Notes under the pieces: model-generated
Told to the model about the DNA's origin: nothing
Databases searched by the model: none
The model's input: the letters and a program-made list of their open reading frames with translations, nothing else
Shown: positions 51,501 through 63,059 of the stretch, one piece after another
Position numbering within the stretch: the first letter of the stretch is position 1
How the letters are laid out: the number at the start of each line of letters is the position of its first letter
Made by a program: the position numbers and the translations under genes
Assembly (NCBI GenBank): GCA_964187785.1
Contig: OZ076413.1
Span: 37,014,001-37,078,000, forward strand
Length of the DNA stretch: 64,000 bases
Reading direction: 5' to 3'
Origin: Amphiscolops sp. MND2022
Lineage: Eukaryota

Positions 51501-52575
51501 GAACAGTGCTTATCGGAGGCACTCGCAAAGTCAATGCCTCAAAGCGGGGTCTATGCATCGGGTGCGGGTGTCGCATCGGAGTTGATGTCGATCCAGGATC
51601 AAACCGAGGGTTGTTTTCTGCTAGTACAACGTGGGGAGGGTAATACGTCGTGGTTTGTGCTGGAAATGAAACATCGTTATCACAAGAATAATTCGCAGTT
51701 GTTTGAAAAACCATTTCAACTAGTAACCATTTTTTCACTAGTATTCAACTCGTAATATCAGGGTTGGCCTGTTTGAAAACAATGTTTTAGGACACGCGAA
51801 TAAAAACCGTTTTAATACATTTTGAGATTTGAATAAGCTAATCTATTGTTATTTTTTGTTTTCGATTGTTTTCACCCCGTTTTTTGAATGTGATATATCG
51901 TGTATGTTCAAAAATTCGTTCGGGTTCAATTTCGTTGACAGGCCGCCAAACTCTGTTTTAGGTATAGCCAATTAAACAAGAAGTACTTTTCTTTAATTTT
52001 CATTCAATATAATTGAAGATTAAGAAACAAGAGCATCCGTTTTTTTCAGTTGGAAGTAAAAAATTCTTCAAAAAACAATATGAAACAAAAGACATGTTAA
52101 ATTGCATGAAAAACTGTTTGTCGAACTCTTTGTTTGAAAAAAAAACAAAAACAAGTCTTACGAAATATGAAATCCTAGATTTTCAGTTGTTTAAGATTAA
52201 CAAGTTATTAACCTCTTTTTATGCAGAAAAGTTTTTTCTATCTATTAGTTTGAAAATATTGTTTATCTGCATACTTTACCTAAATCTTGCCGATTTCTGG
52301 ACACAACACTGTCAAGAGGCGAGTTGGAAGCCTGAGGGACCGAATTGGACGACACAAATTCGTAGGGATCATAGACAGCTGGTTGGGTTGAGGGTTGATG
52401 GTGGGGTTGCCGTGGTTGCATCTCATGGTACCTAGGGGCTCCTCTATGGGTTGCGAATAACTGAAATTGGATGTTGTGGGTGGGGCGTCTTGTAAAACCT
52501 GATTAGCGACTTCTCGGAGATTGTGATAATCAGAAATCGAGTTGTTTGAAAAAAAAACATTGAGCCGCCGTTCAT
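48525..52575 (-). pseudogene. SET-1: multi-exon SET-domain (SET8/KMT5A-like) gene, disrupted; 5' exons approximate
   Basis: GRGVVATTPINKRKVVCDYH; FDATSDTCECHPGRRTFGRLLNY; RDIDALEEICFNYKD (after a 1-nt frameshift). Upstream exon 48961..49416 is homologous to SET-2 exon 60696..61055. Confidence 0.8.
50487..51457. mobile_element. 971-bp MITE with CCCT..AGGG ends and palindromic TTGGCAAGATCTTGCCAA subrepeats, inserted in a SET-1 exon
   Basis: ~40-bp imperfect TIRs; 4-bp flanks TTGA/TCGA. Removing it restores the frame TRV-NRG. Confidence 0.75.
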
Positions 52576-54375
52576 GATTGAAGATACAAATGAAAACTAT
52601 GAACGTAAAGGAAAGAAACGTTAAAGAAAATTTGTAATAGTAAAAGACAACAAAACTGGTTGAAGTGAAAAGTTACAGTAGAGTGACAACTGTAAAACTT
52701 ACTAAAACTAAATGGTATTTTGTTAACTTCAAATTATTTGAAAATTTTTGAAAGCTTAAAACTTTGAAAGCAAAATTAAGATGAACAGAAGTGATGTTTG
52801 AAATTTGTTAACTAATCTATTTAAATTTGAAGTGAAATTGAGATGTGGTATTATTTGACAATTGAGAATTCGAGGAAGTTGTAGAGTCAAGTTTAGAAGC
52901 GAGCAATACGAAACAAGAAAGGTGAAGAACTTAGGAACTGATCTCAGAAAATTTTGTTACACACCCAGAAAAAGAGGCAATTAAGCGATTACCTCATGTC
53001 AAGAGGTGATAAACTTTTTTCACTACCAATAATATTGACACCTATAATAATTAACTAACGGATAACCTCTAATAAACTCATGCCTTAAAGGATTACCCTC
53101 AAAGATAGGTGTTAGTAAATTAAATCAACTCAAACCAGTCATATACCAAAATCACACCTATGCATTGGATTTTTGCCTATTTACTCACATATTTGCCGGC
53201 CAGACTTACTTCATTACGGGGCCAAAGTGGGAAATGTTCAATTTTTCAAGAATCACGAAAAGTGGTAGTTTAAAGCAGCGAAGTGAATTTTTTCTCAATT
53301 CTTGAAATTTGAACTTCAAAGGAATTGTTTATGCCGCCTATAAAAGTCAAAAATTGAGAAAACAATAGTGCGCATGTATTTCCACTAATTTCAAGAATCG
53401 AGAAAAAGACATTCGACAATCTAGACACTAATTTTAATACATGGAGATAATGTGTTTACATTAGTTTGTCGATTCTCGAAATTTTGTCGATTCTTGAAAA
53501 TTTTGTCGATTCTTGGAAAAGTTATTGATTCTTGGAAATTGTCTGGATTCTTATACAATTTTCCCGAATTCTCATTCAAATGTTACAATAGTGAATTTAA
53601 TTGATCAGTTGGTAATTATTTTTTCATCAAATCAACGGAAGAATCATTGTTAAAATTATAATAAAGGTGTACAATTATTCCTCAGGTTAAATTGTTCTGA
53701 ACCAGCTAGATTCTAAGGTGCTAAACTAGTTTTTAATTGAGACTTTTACTAGATTTTTTGAATGAATAATTCAATTTATTGCAGCAAAGATTTTTTCTGA
53801 ACCAATAGCACCTCCATTTTAGCTTTTTACTTCGTTACTTGCCAAAAGTTACTTGTCAAAAGTTTCTAAACCGTGAGTAACAATTGAATTGACATCGAGT
53901 CTTTCAGAGAATTACTAAATAATTCTAATCCATGAGCAACAAAGGAAAAATTCCAATTGAAATCGAGTCTTTCAATAAATGATTAGAAACCAGTTGTCTG
54001 AAACCAGCAGGAGCATCAAAAGCAAAAGGAAATTGAATTCGAACCACACTTTGAACTTTCAATTTTGGCCACATCAATTTTGGCCACATGGAACAGGTTC
54101 CGGAAAACGAATTAGACCATCCTAATTGTTATCATCTCTTCGAGTCACTCTTGAGTTTTCAAAAACTTTTAAACCAGGAGTACAAAAGAAATAGTTGAAC
54201 TAATTCAAATTTGAACACGAAAATAAATTTCATTGAAGTTTACCAGAGTACAGAATCATGTTCACAATTACATCAAATATTCAGATTGTGCCTCTTTCAA
54301 ATTGTGTCGAATTTTTTCTCGGTAGCTTGAAGCTGGATACACCCCTTCAATTGTCACCAAACCACATTTAATGAA

Positions 54376-55720
54376 TTACATGCTGAATATTTTCCGGATA
54401 TAAAATCTCATTGACTTGATGTATTTATCACTTTCTTCGTATGAACCTGGTCTTCTGTCCCAAGATTTGCCGAGAACTGAGTCCCAAGATTCATTGCATT
54501 CAACTTCAGTGCAGGGATTTTGAATTGAAAACATGACATCTTTCTCATTTTCGAATCCAAGGCTTCTTTTTGCAAAATCGTCAGCGATGCAAATAATCCC
54601 GGAGTAGCCAAACTTGGACCCTTCACAGCTGATTAAATTCCACACACTTTATCGATGGGGTGAGTTAGTTCCTGTATCGAATTCTCGTGGGTAAATTTCA
54701 ATAAATAGTTGCGTTCTTTGAGTTATACCATAGTCGAAGGCATGGTCACAGTAACATCGTCACACTCTTCGGACACCATTGTCACGAAAACAATATGCTT
54801 GTCTTTTTTGTAAATTGACTTCATTTCGATCACTGTTGCCGCCTCACCAGAGTGATCAAGGACCTTGGCACCAATTTGAAGTGTCCCATTTATGCAGGGA
54901 AGTATTTCACCGGTACTCGTTGGACCGATTTCTGAAAAGTAAAAAAATGACTCATGAGACTCATCACATTTGACACATCCCGTGACTCATAACTCATCAC
55001 TCAAAAAATGATTTCTGAGAAAAACTGACTTTTTCTGAATCAAATTCAAAAAATGAAAAAAAAATGTTTTTAAATGAAGTGCTTCTATGGTTGAATACTT
55101 ACAGGGACCAATGTCGACATCTCGACAGGCTCAGCTGGCTTCTTTGCTCCAAAGGTTACTTTTTGGGCTTTGGAGCAGTTAATTTTTCTTCTTTTTCGTC
55201 ATTTGAACAATAATTTTCGTCTGCGATATCATCATGATTTGTCGACGAGGACGGTTTGTGACCGACTCGGGTGGCACATAGATCATTGTATGGAATTTTT
55301 AAAGTGGGATAGTTTGTGTTAAGGGCTTTGATTTCTTCGTGGTCTTCATGCCAATTTTCATAATCTTCCTCCAACAGAATTTCCATTACACATTTCACTG
55401 GGCCATCCTTCAAAAAACATACTTGATCGCAACGCGAAAGGAATTTTGGATTGTAATCAAGTTGTTCTTTTTTTTGTTCGACGGCGTTTTTCGGGAAAAA
55501 CATCTCTTATCGCCGCATATTTTCGAATGTTCCACTTTTCAGGTTGCCCCCTTATGTTTTCTTCTACGTGAATTTCTGATGCGGTCTTTTTGCCGAAATC
55601 TTTCCACTGCACAATCACCGTCCAGTCATCTTTGATAGATATTATCTTTGCCTTCCACCAAATAAAAAGTTCATCAACTGCATCGACAATGTCGTTAACT
55701 TGAAATTTTGTTGATAGCAT
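54376..55720 (-). pseudogene. Tudor/Royal-family (PHF20- or Agenet-like) domain gene, spliced and frameshifted
   Basis: KFQVNDIVDAVDELFIWWKAKIISIKDDWTVIVQWKDFG at the N-terminus. Donor GTAAGT ~55100 and acceptor TTTTCAG ~54933. Second barrel-like segment LQIGAKVLDHSGEAATVIE. Confidence 0.65.
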
Positions 55721-56719
55721 ATTTTTTTGGGATTTTTGGTATGAACGTAAGATGGAGTTAATTCGGGAATGAAATTTGAGATACGACAAAAAAAATGCTA
55801 ATCTAATATTTCGAAAATAAGCCTGTGAACTTCCGAGTGTGAAACTCATTTCTTTGCGTTTCGAAGACTCATTTTAGTGACAGTGTGACGCGTCACATTT
55901 GCCTTAAAAAGAGTCACTCTTTTTGGACACATTTGAACAAATCGTTGGCGGTCAAAGATTTGTTCAAATTGATGGGAGTTTTTTCAAACCAAAACGACTC
56001 TTTTCCAACGGGTGTAAATATCATGATAACATAATATGATAATATACTTGTTAAAGATCACAATTTTTTTATAAACCGTTATATCCTTATCTTATCATTG
56101 CTTTCAAACAATCAACTCATTGCTTATTATTCTCAAATGGATCTTTGGAAACAACATTCAATGATCATCGATGGCCGACATTTTATTGATTACGAATTTA
56201 TCGAGTATTTACGTGATCACACAGATGGAAAGAAATGCCGACAAGCAGAAGTCCTTGTAAAGCATGTCATCAGCGGAACCTCGTTGAACTGCGAGGATCT
56301 CATTGTGACATGGACCAAAAAAGGAATGAAACGTCACTCGGTCTTCATGGCAATAAGTTACTTCTGGTTGTGACACTTTTTCATCGTAAAAGTAGCCTCA
56401 TTTTGAGAAAAAACGCGTTTTTATATCAAAAACCTGCTTTTAAAGTAGTAATGATGAGGAATAAATCATCACTCGTGTTTTGGCAATTTTGTCGTCTTCT
56501 TCTAATGAAAAAAATTATTTTTATATCGATATAAGACTAAAACCTATATCATACAAATTTGTATCGATTTTTTCTAAACCGGGAGCAAAAAATTGCTCCA
56601 GAATCAGAAAAAAACCGAACATATACATTTCTGCATTTAAATTCAAACAAATGCTCACAGTTTAGAATTGATTATTGTTTTTTCATTTCAGGCTCAAATA
56701 ATGCAGCTGATTGTTCTGA

Positions 56720-59637
56720 GTGGCGACAAAAGTCTACCCGGTCACAAAAAAGAAATGCATTCATCAATGCCTTTTTGGGTTGGATTTGTACCCTGCAAAC
56801 CTTTTCCAGGATGTTGTTGCTTCAGCGACGAGTTGTTGTATCGCTTCTATGACAACTCAGGAGACACAAACAGACGAGAACGCAACGATTGAAACAACTT
56901 CCATTCAAAGAGACGCAGTCCCTGTGACTGAATCCCCTAAGTCCATATTTATCGACGAAGTCCCAGCGACTGAACACCCTGCCATTCGAATGGACGAAGT
57001 CTTCGTGACTGAACTCCCTAACATTATATGTATTGACGACGTCCCCATGACTGAATCTCAAATTCAGAACAATGGTGAAGCAACGATGGATTAGGAAAAC
57101 GTGTCGTCTCGAAATCGCAATACTAAGGCTCGAAAACTGGAACTGAAAAGAGTAGCAAGGTTGCGGAAATGTCCGTATAATTATTGGAAATACGTTTTGA
57201 ATCACGCCAAAACGAACAATGTTGACTTCGAGATACTAATAGAAGTGATCCTGAAAGTTTCAAAAACGAAACAATCATCGTATCTTAAAACAATTGTTAA
57301 AAAACGTTTCTCAAATAAGAAGTCCAAAGAGGCGATGATTTCAAGTCTTGCTATTTCGATTCGATCAGGAAATATTTATGATGTAATTTCAACGATCCGG
57401 GCAAATTTAGCCATCAACGGACAGCTGCACAACATTATTCCATCCTCAAGAGCGATCCGAAGATTTTCAAAGATCTTAACGAATGCGTTCATTTCGATGT
57501 GCAAACCAGAAGCCACGTTCTCAGGGTTTCGATTTGATCTCGTCAAGTGTGTCAAAATCGCAGCGTGGCTCCTTTTCGAAACTGAAGACCTTTCTGAATT
57601 GACTATCGATTTATGGGGAGATGGATGTGAGATTGGTGGTGTCGATCATACAAGAATGTGCTTCCGGATACTGAAGAATTATTCCTCGAAAGTTACCGTT
57701 CAATCAGCTACTGTGGCATTATGTTTCAGCGCATTTCATGGTAAAGATAGTAGATTTACCCTTGAACAAAATCTCGGACCTTCAGTTCTTGGCAACCAAG
57801 AAACAGGATGGCTGTACAAACAAACCAAAGAACTCTCATCTCAAGGTGCCATCGTGACTTGTTCTGGAGACAATCCTTATTTATATCGTTTGATTGAGGG
57901 TATTGATAGCGATGCCTCATCAAAATATCCACCTGATCTTGCACTTTATGTCGGTGAGGCGAAATTTTTACTAACTGATGTCGACCCTGCAACAGGATTC
58001 CGCTACAACGTTGATGTGCCCTTCAGGAGAGAAATACCCCCTCAATCACTCGTACATCTCGATGACATACGATGTGTTGTACCGGATGTCACCCACATGA
58101 TCACCCGTTGTGTCGAAAGTGATCTCAAGAAAGTTGCCCAAAAAATTGTTCGAGAAAAATATCCTTATCACAAGAAAACTATTGAAACTCTCGAAGAAAT
58201 CTGCACTCGAAGAGAAATAAAGAAACCCAGATTCAAATTCGACGTGTAGATCAGAGGAACAAGTGATTTGAAAAAACCAACAGTTGGACCCGTCTCTTTG
58301 TCTGGAACGTCTGCTATTGTTGCCATTGCCGAAAAAGATGAATTTGAAGGTGTAGAAGGCTTACCAAATATTTTCGACAATTTATGGAACAATGAGACTA
58401 TCTTTGACCCCAAGAACGACAACATGGAAAACGATGATGCCCGTGCAGCCCGCAATGCGTTTTACGCCCTCGAGAAACTGCACTCCGACAAAATTCCAAA
58501 TTCAGACAGTTATAAAACCAAAGATTGTGCCCAATTGCTACAAACAAGCTTGAATAAATGCGCAATACTTTTGAGATGTTCAAAAAATGGTCTTGACATT
58601 GAACAATTTGAATTTTGGTCTGAGACATAATATCAATGCTCAATTCTTTTCTTTTCCGGATAAGACGGTTTGACACCATATAAGTTGAAGATGATAATGA
58701 TACCCCAGATTTTGAAGCATATGTATCATATGTTTGAAGCAATGGAGAAATCAAATCACCACGCACATAAAGACTTCCAAACGAGAGATGGAGGTAAAAT
58801 TCATAACCCAGATCCGTTATTTTACGAGGGTTTTTTCTCATACTGCCGTTCTTTGAATGTGGTGTCAAAAACCCGAAATAAACCAGTGAATTTGCTAATC
58901 GATAAATTGACCACCACTTTCGCAACCGAAAAAAGCGAGACCTATACGGAAATTTGTCATAAAATTGTGCCCCTTCCATGATTGATATTGGTGCTCAGCG
59001 AAAGAAACAGGAATTGCTCTTTGGTTTCCAATTCCACGTGGTTGGCTTTTTCCCTGGAGTCAAAGACAATCAAAAGGGAGTTGAAAACTTGATAATTGAA
59101 TTGGGTGGAGAAGTATTGACAAAAGAAAAAGCCCTGGGCTTGACCAAACGTCATAGTAAAACTCCGAATTGCTTCTTTGTACTCTATAACGATGTCGAGT
59201 TGAAGAGGGCCACCACTGGAAACGGAGACCACAACTCTGCATCTGGTTCGGAAAGTGACAACCCCGTGAAATCTACCAAATCATCATCCAGGCGAACAAT
59301 CAAGCCACGTATCACGGCGAAGGGCCCAGCTCAAACCTGTCTACTATTTGCGGCAACGGATTTTCAATTCCCGAACGTTGCCTACATCTTCGATACAAAC
59401 AACTCTGATCGTTTTCTTGACCCTTCAAAGTATCTTATGTCAAGTGCCACTGAAATTGAACGAATCTGTGTGAATGATCAACGACCACTTTTTGCGAAAC
59501 AGAGAAATCCTAACAATACCGAAAACGTTACCACATCATTGGTTTATGCATTGAAGGTCTCGAGAAAGCGGGCCCGCGAAGAAGAACAAGAAATTGACCA
59601 CGTAAATGATAGTATGAAGAAAGAAAAACACACATGA
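56720..59637 (+). pseudogene. Tpase-2: RAG1-core/Transib-related DDE transposase with C-terminal BRCT (extra 5' exon(s) likely near 56100-56370)
   Basis: One frame from 56720 to 58981 with in-frame stops ending at 57094, 58249, 58630 and 58663, then a frameshift in a C4 run. Candidate catalytic D at 57620 (WGDG), D at 57869 (SGDNP), E at 58745 (AMEKSN). BRCT: LLFGFQFHVVG...VENLIIELGGEVL...VAYIFDTNNSDRFLDPSKY. Confidence 0.8.
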
Positions 59638-59908
59638 ACATTTTTTAAATGACAGTGCTTTTGACATGGATCATCTAATCCTATCATTTGTATGACTTTT
59701 CGAAAATTTATTCTTGGTCATTGAATGATCATCTATGATGTTTTCAAAATCTTTCTCCTGATCACTGAATGATCGTCTATGATGTTTTCGTAGAAAAAAC
59801 CATATCTCTTGTAGAAATATCAAAAAATCAAATGCTTGAAAAATGAATAAACCAAATCAATAATTCAAATATCAAATCATTAGTTATTCAAAAAAGTTTT
59901 TACTAAAC

Positions 59909-62170
59909 TTATTTATTCTGAAACATCTTTCTTGCTTCTTGATCCCCATACTCATATCTTAGCTCTTCGAAGGGAGGAATGTCATGTTTTGCCACCATTA
60001 ACAACACAACTTTGCTGGAGGATAGATTCAAAATAACAGGTTTGACGTTGGTGTGCTTAGAAGATTTGTGGTTTATCAACCGGGCCATGCATATATTTTT
60101 CATATGATCGACTACTGGACAAATTTCGTTTGAAGCATCGATTAGATGTTTCAGTGAAATCTGAAAAAGAAATTCACTGCCTTCTGGGTGATCAGCCATG
60201 TAATCGTTGGCAGTGATGCCCTTTACGACTTTTCCATGGTAATCAGCAAGGATTTGATCCTTGTCTATGAAATCGGTGGCAATGACTCCTCGGCCGAATC
60301 CTTTGAAGTTGACGTCACATATGAATGGCCACGTCTGATCTTTGCAAGTTTTCGTCAGGATCTTTTTGAATTGTTCATGCTGATCTTTTGAGGGGAGCAT
60401 CAAAGCCTGTGATCGTAACGAGACAGTCGGCGTCTGGAGTGCCTCGGGTTTCAACTGAAATTGAACGATTTTCCAGGTCTGAAAAGAGTTGGTGTTTATA
60501 ATCAAATTTATACTTGCGATTTTGTGAAATTTCTTTTCAAAAAATATTTTTTTATATCTTCAACAAATTCTTCTTCAATAAAAGTCAATGCTCTTGAATC
60601 TCTCAATTCAATGCTCTTAAGAGAAAGTCTCTACTGAAGTTTTTTTAAAGTGACATATTTTGATTGGAAAATAGACAGCAGAAAAACTGAAATACCTTTT
60701 TCAGGTCTTCATTCTCGTCCCACCCTCTTGTTTTGTACAGACTTTTGAGTTTCTCATGGGTCGGGTCCTGGGCGTGACGTTTTCCAAAATCACAATACTC
60801 GAGGAAAGCCTTTGCCCTTGCGACTTGTCTCACATATCTTTGGGCATTTTGCCGGGAAACGACAGCTGACGCAAGTTCTCGCTCAGTGATTTCATTTTGG
60901 GCCGCCCACTCTTTGTCAACGTTCAAGGCCCGTATTTCAGACATTTCTCGTTTCTTTTTCAAAAATGTTGCATCGGGCGTTGCTGTTTTTGGCATATAGG
61001 ATTTGACGTATTTTCCCACTCTGTTCTCGATGGTGTCGCGGCTTCTTTTTTCCATCTGCAGAAAAATCATTTGAAAATATTTCTAAACCATGAGCACATC
61101 TTTTCAATATGCAAAAAAATAATTTTAAAATACCTCTAAACCACAAGCACATCTTTTCAATGTTCAAAAACGAATCATTTGAAAATATTTCTAAACCACG
61201 AGCACATTTTTTCAGCAATTGTTCAAAATATTTTTTAAAAATACCTTATCCAACACTTCCTCCGCAATGACTCGAGGATTGAAAGAGGTCTTTCCCATTG
61301 ACGAAAAGAAAATTTTGGTTTTCATAACTTCTTCAATTTCTTCGTCTTCGCTTCTGAATCAATAATTTGAGTGGTTAACAAAACAAGTTTACTTGATCTA
61401 GTTTTTTCTCCAAAATATTGAAAAAGACAACAAACAAATGGAAAAAAAAACAAAAAATGAAAGTCTTGGATGAGAAAATACTTTACCGAAAAAAGGTTCC
61501 ACCTCGATTTCACCAGCACCATTTCCGCTCTGCTTGGCGTTGATGATGAGTTGCATCATCGAATGCACAATAACAGATTGTACCGTCTTTGTCATCATGG
61601 GAACCGGCTCAGTGTACATGAAAAGGTATGTTATAATACCGTGAAATAAATTGATCCTTTGATGGTAACTAAGGCCATCGTTTACTGTATATTCGTCCAA
61701 AATTTCGCGGACATAACTCTCTAATTCGGGTCGTACCTTTGCCGACCAGAGTCCTTTTGCAGCATTTCGTTTTGATTCAGTTTAGTCTCGGGGTTTCGGA
61801 AGTAGAGGTCGTTTTAACGGATTTACTTTTTCGGTGGTTGGGATGTCGTCAAAAATACCGGAATTGGTTGATGGTAAAATTTCAAAAACAATGTTTTCTT
61901 GAGTGTAATTGCACGTGCGGTTTCCATAATTTGTTGCCTGAATGGGACTCTCACTTGGAGTGAAACTGAAATTACTCACAAAAGGAGTCTTGTTAGAACC
62001 CATTTGGTAGTTGGGAGTAGACTGATATAATGCATTCGAATTGTGCGAATGATTAGTATATTGTGGAAGCGGAGGAGGTAACAAAGGTGTGAGGGAAGTT
62101 AGCTGAGTCTGTGGTAACGAGCCAAGAAAGTTAGTGCTCGAGTTAAGATCAATTTGTCTGACTCGACATT
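59909..62170 (-). pseudogene. SET-2: multi-exon SET-domain (SET8/KMT5A-like) gene, convergent with Tpase-2
   Basis: GFGRGVIAT, ADYHG, ARLINH, HDIPPFEELRYEYGD; no Cys-rich post-SET. Phase-0 intron 60479-60695 joins KK|TWK; acceptor at 61056. Last two exons are open; disablements lie in the 5' part. Confidence 0.9.
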
Positions 62171-62269
62171 GTGAAACTTTGACAGCAGTTATAGAGAGCA
62201 GAAATTGAAAAGTGATTCAAAATTGAATGCAGCCGCCTAAATATATATCTTTAATTACCCACATCATGT

Positions 62270-62366
62270 GATAATCCAATGACACCATGCCAAATCGCGG
62301 ATTATCAATTGACACCCTTGGTGTCATTCCATAATCCGCGATGTCGCATGGTATCAATGGATTATC
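62270..62366. repeat. Imperfect ~47-bp-arm hairpin upstream of SET-2
   Basis: GATAATCCAATGACACCATGCCAAATCGCGGATTAT... pairs with ...ATAATCCGCGATGTCGCATGGTATCAATGGATTATC; 3-nt loop. Confidence 0.8.
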
Positions 62367-63059
62367 AATAAATTGATGCTGATAAAATGCCCATTAATCT
62401 TCCGCAGTAATTGACATAATTACTTCATCGCACATTTTAAAATGAAATTTAAAAAAGACTACTTTACCTTAATTTGTTGAAACTCTAAAAATAATCGGCG
62501 CAAAATTATTAAACATGCTTGAAGAATTCAGAAATGGATAATTAACCATCAACCTCATGTTTAAAGATAGAAGTTTGGATATTTAATCGATTTCTTCTTG
62601 GTCCCAGAACGCCACAAGAATTCACGTAAGCATAATTAAACATGGTTTCAAGAAACCTCACACGCATGATTAACCATGGCAAATTTTCCTTTCAGGCAGT
62701 AGCACGTGGAGTTTAATCAATTTGCTGCGCAATTTTTGTGGTTTCTCCGAACTAATGAATAAACATTCGTATTCGAAAACTTTTCCATGTTTAATGCTCC
62801 TGATTTAGAAACTTTATATTCTGAATAATTTTTACATGATTCAAAATCAGGTTATAACTTCCTGAACATTTTAGCTACTCTTGCACTCATGGTTTAGAAA
62901 CTTTCTCTGCTGAAGATTTCTCATAGAACTTTGTATTCTATTAGCAAAATAAAAAACTTTGTTGAATTCTAACTTCAGCGACCCACATCGCTCATGGTTT
63001 GGAAACTTTTACTTGATTATTTTGAGAACTCGATTTTTGAGCGACTCATATGTTCATGG

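Noticed and set aside
52600-62900. RAG2-like kelch/PHD partner gene (true ProtoRAG)
   Set aside because: No kelch-repeat or PHD pattern seen in neighbouring ORFs; the partners are SET and Tudor.
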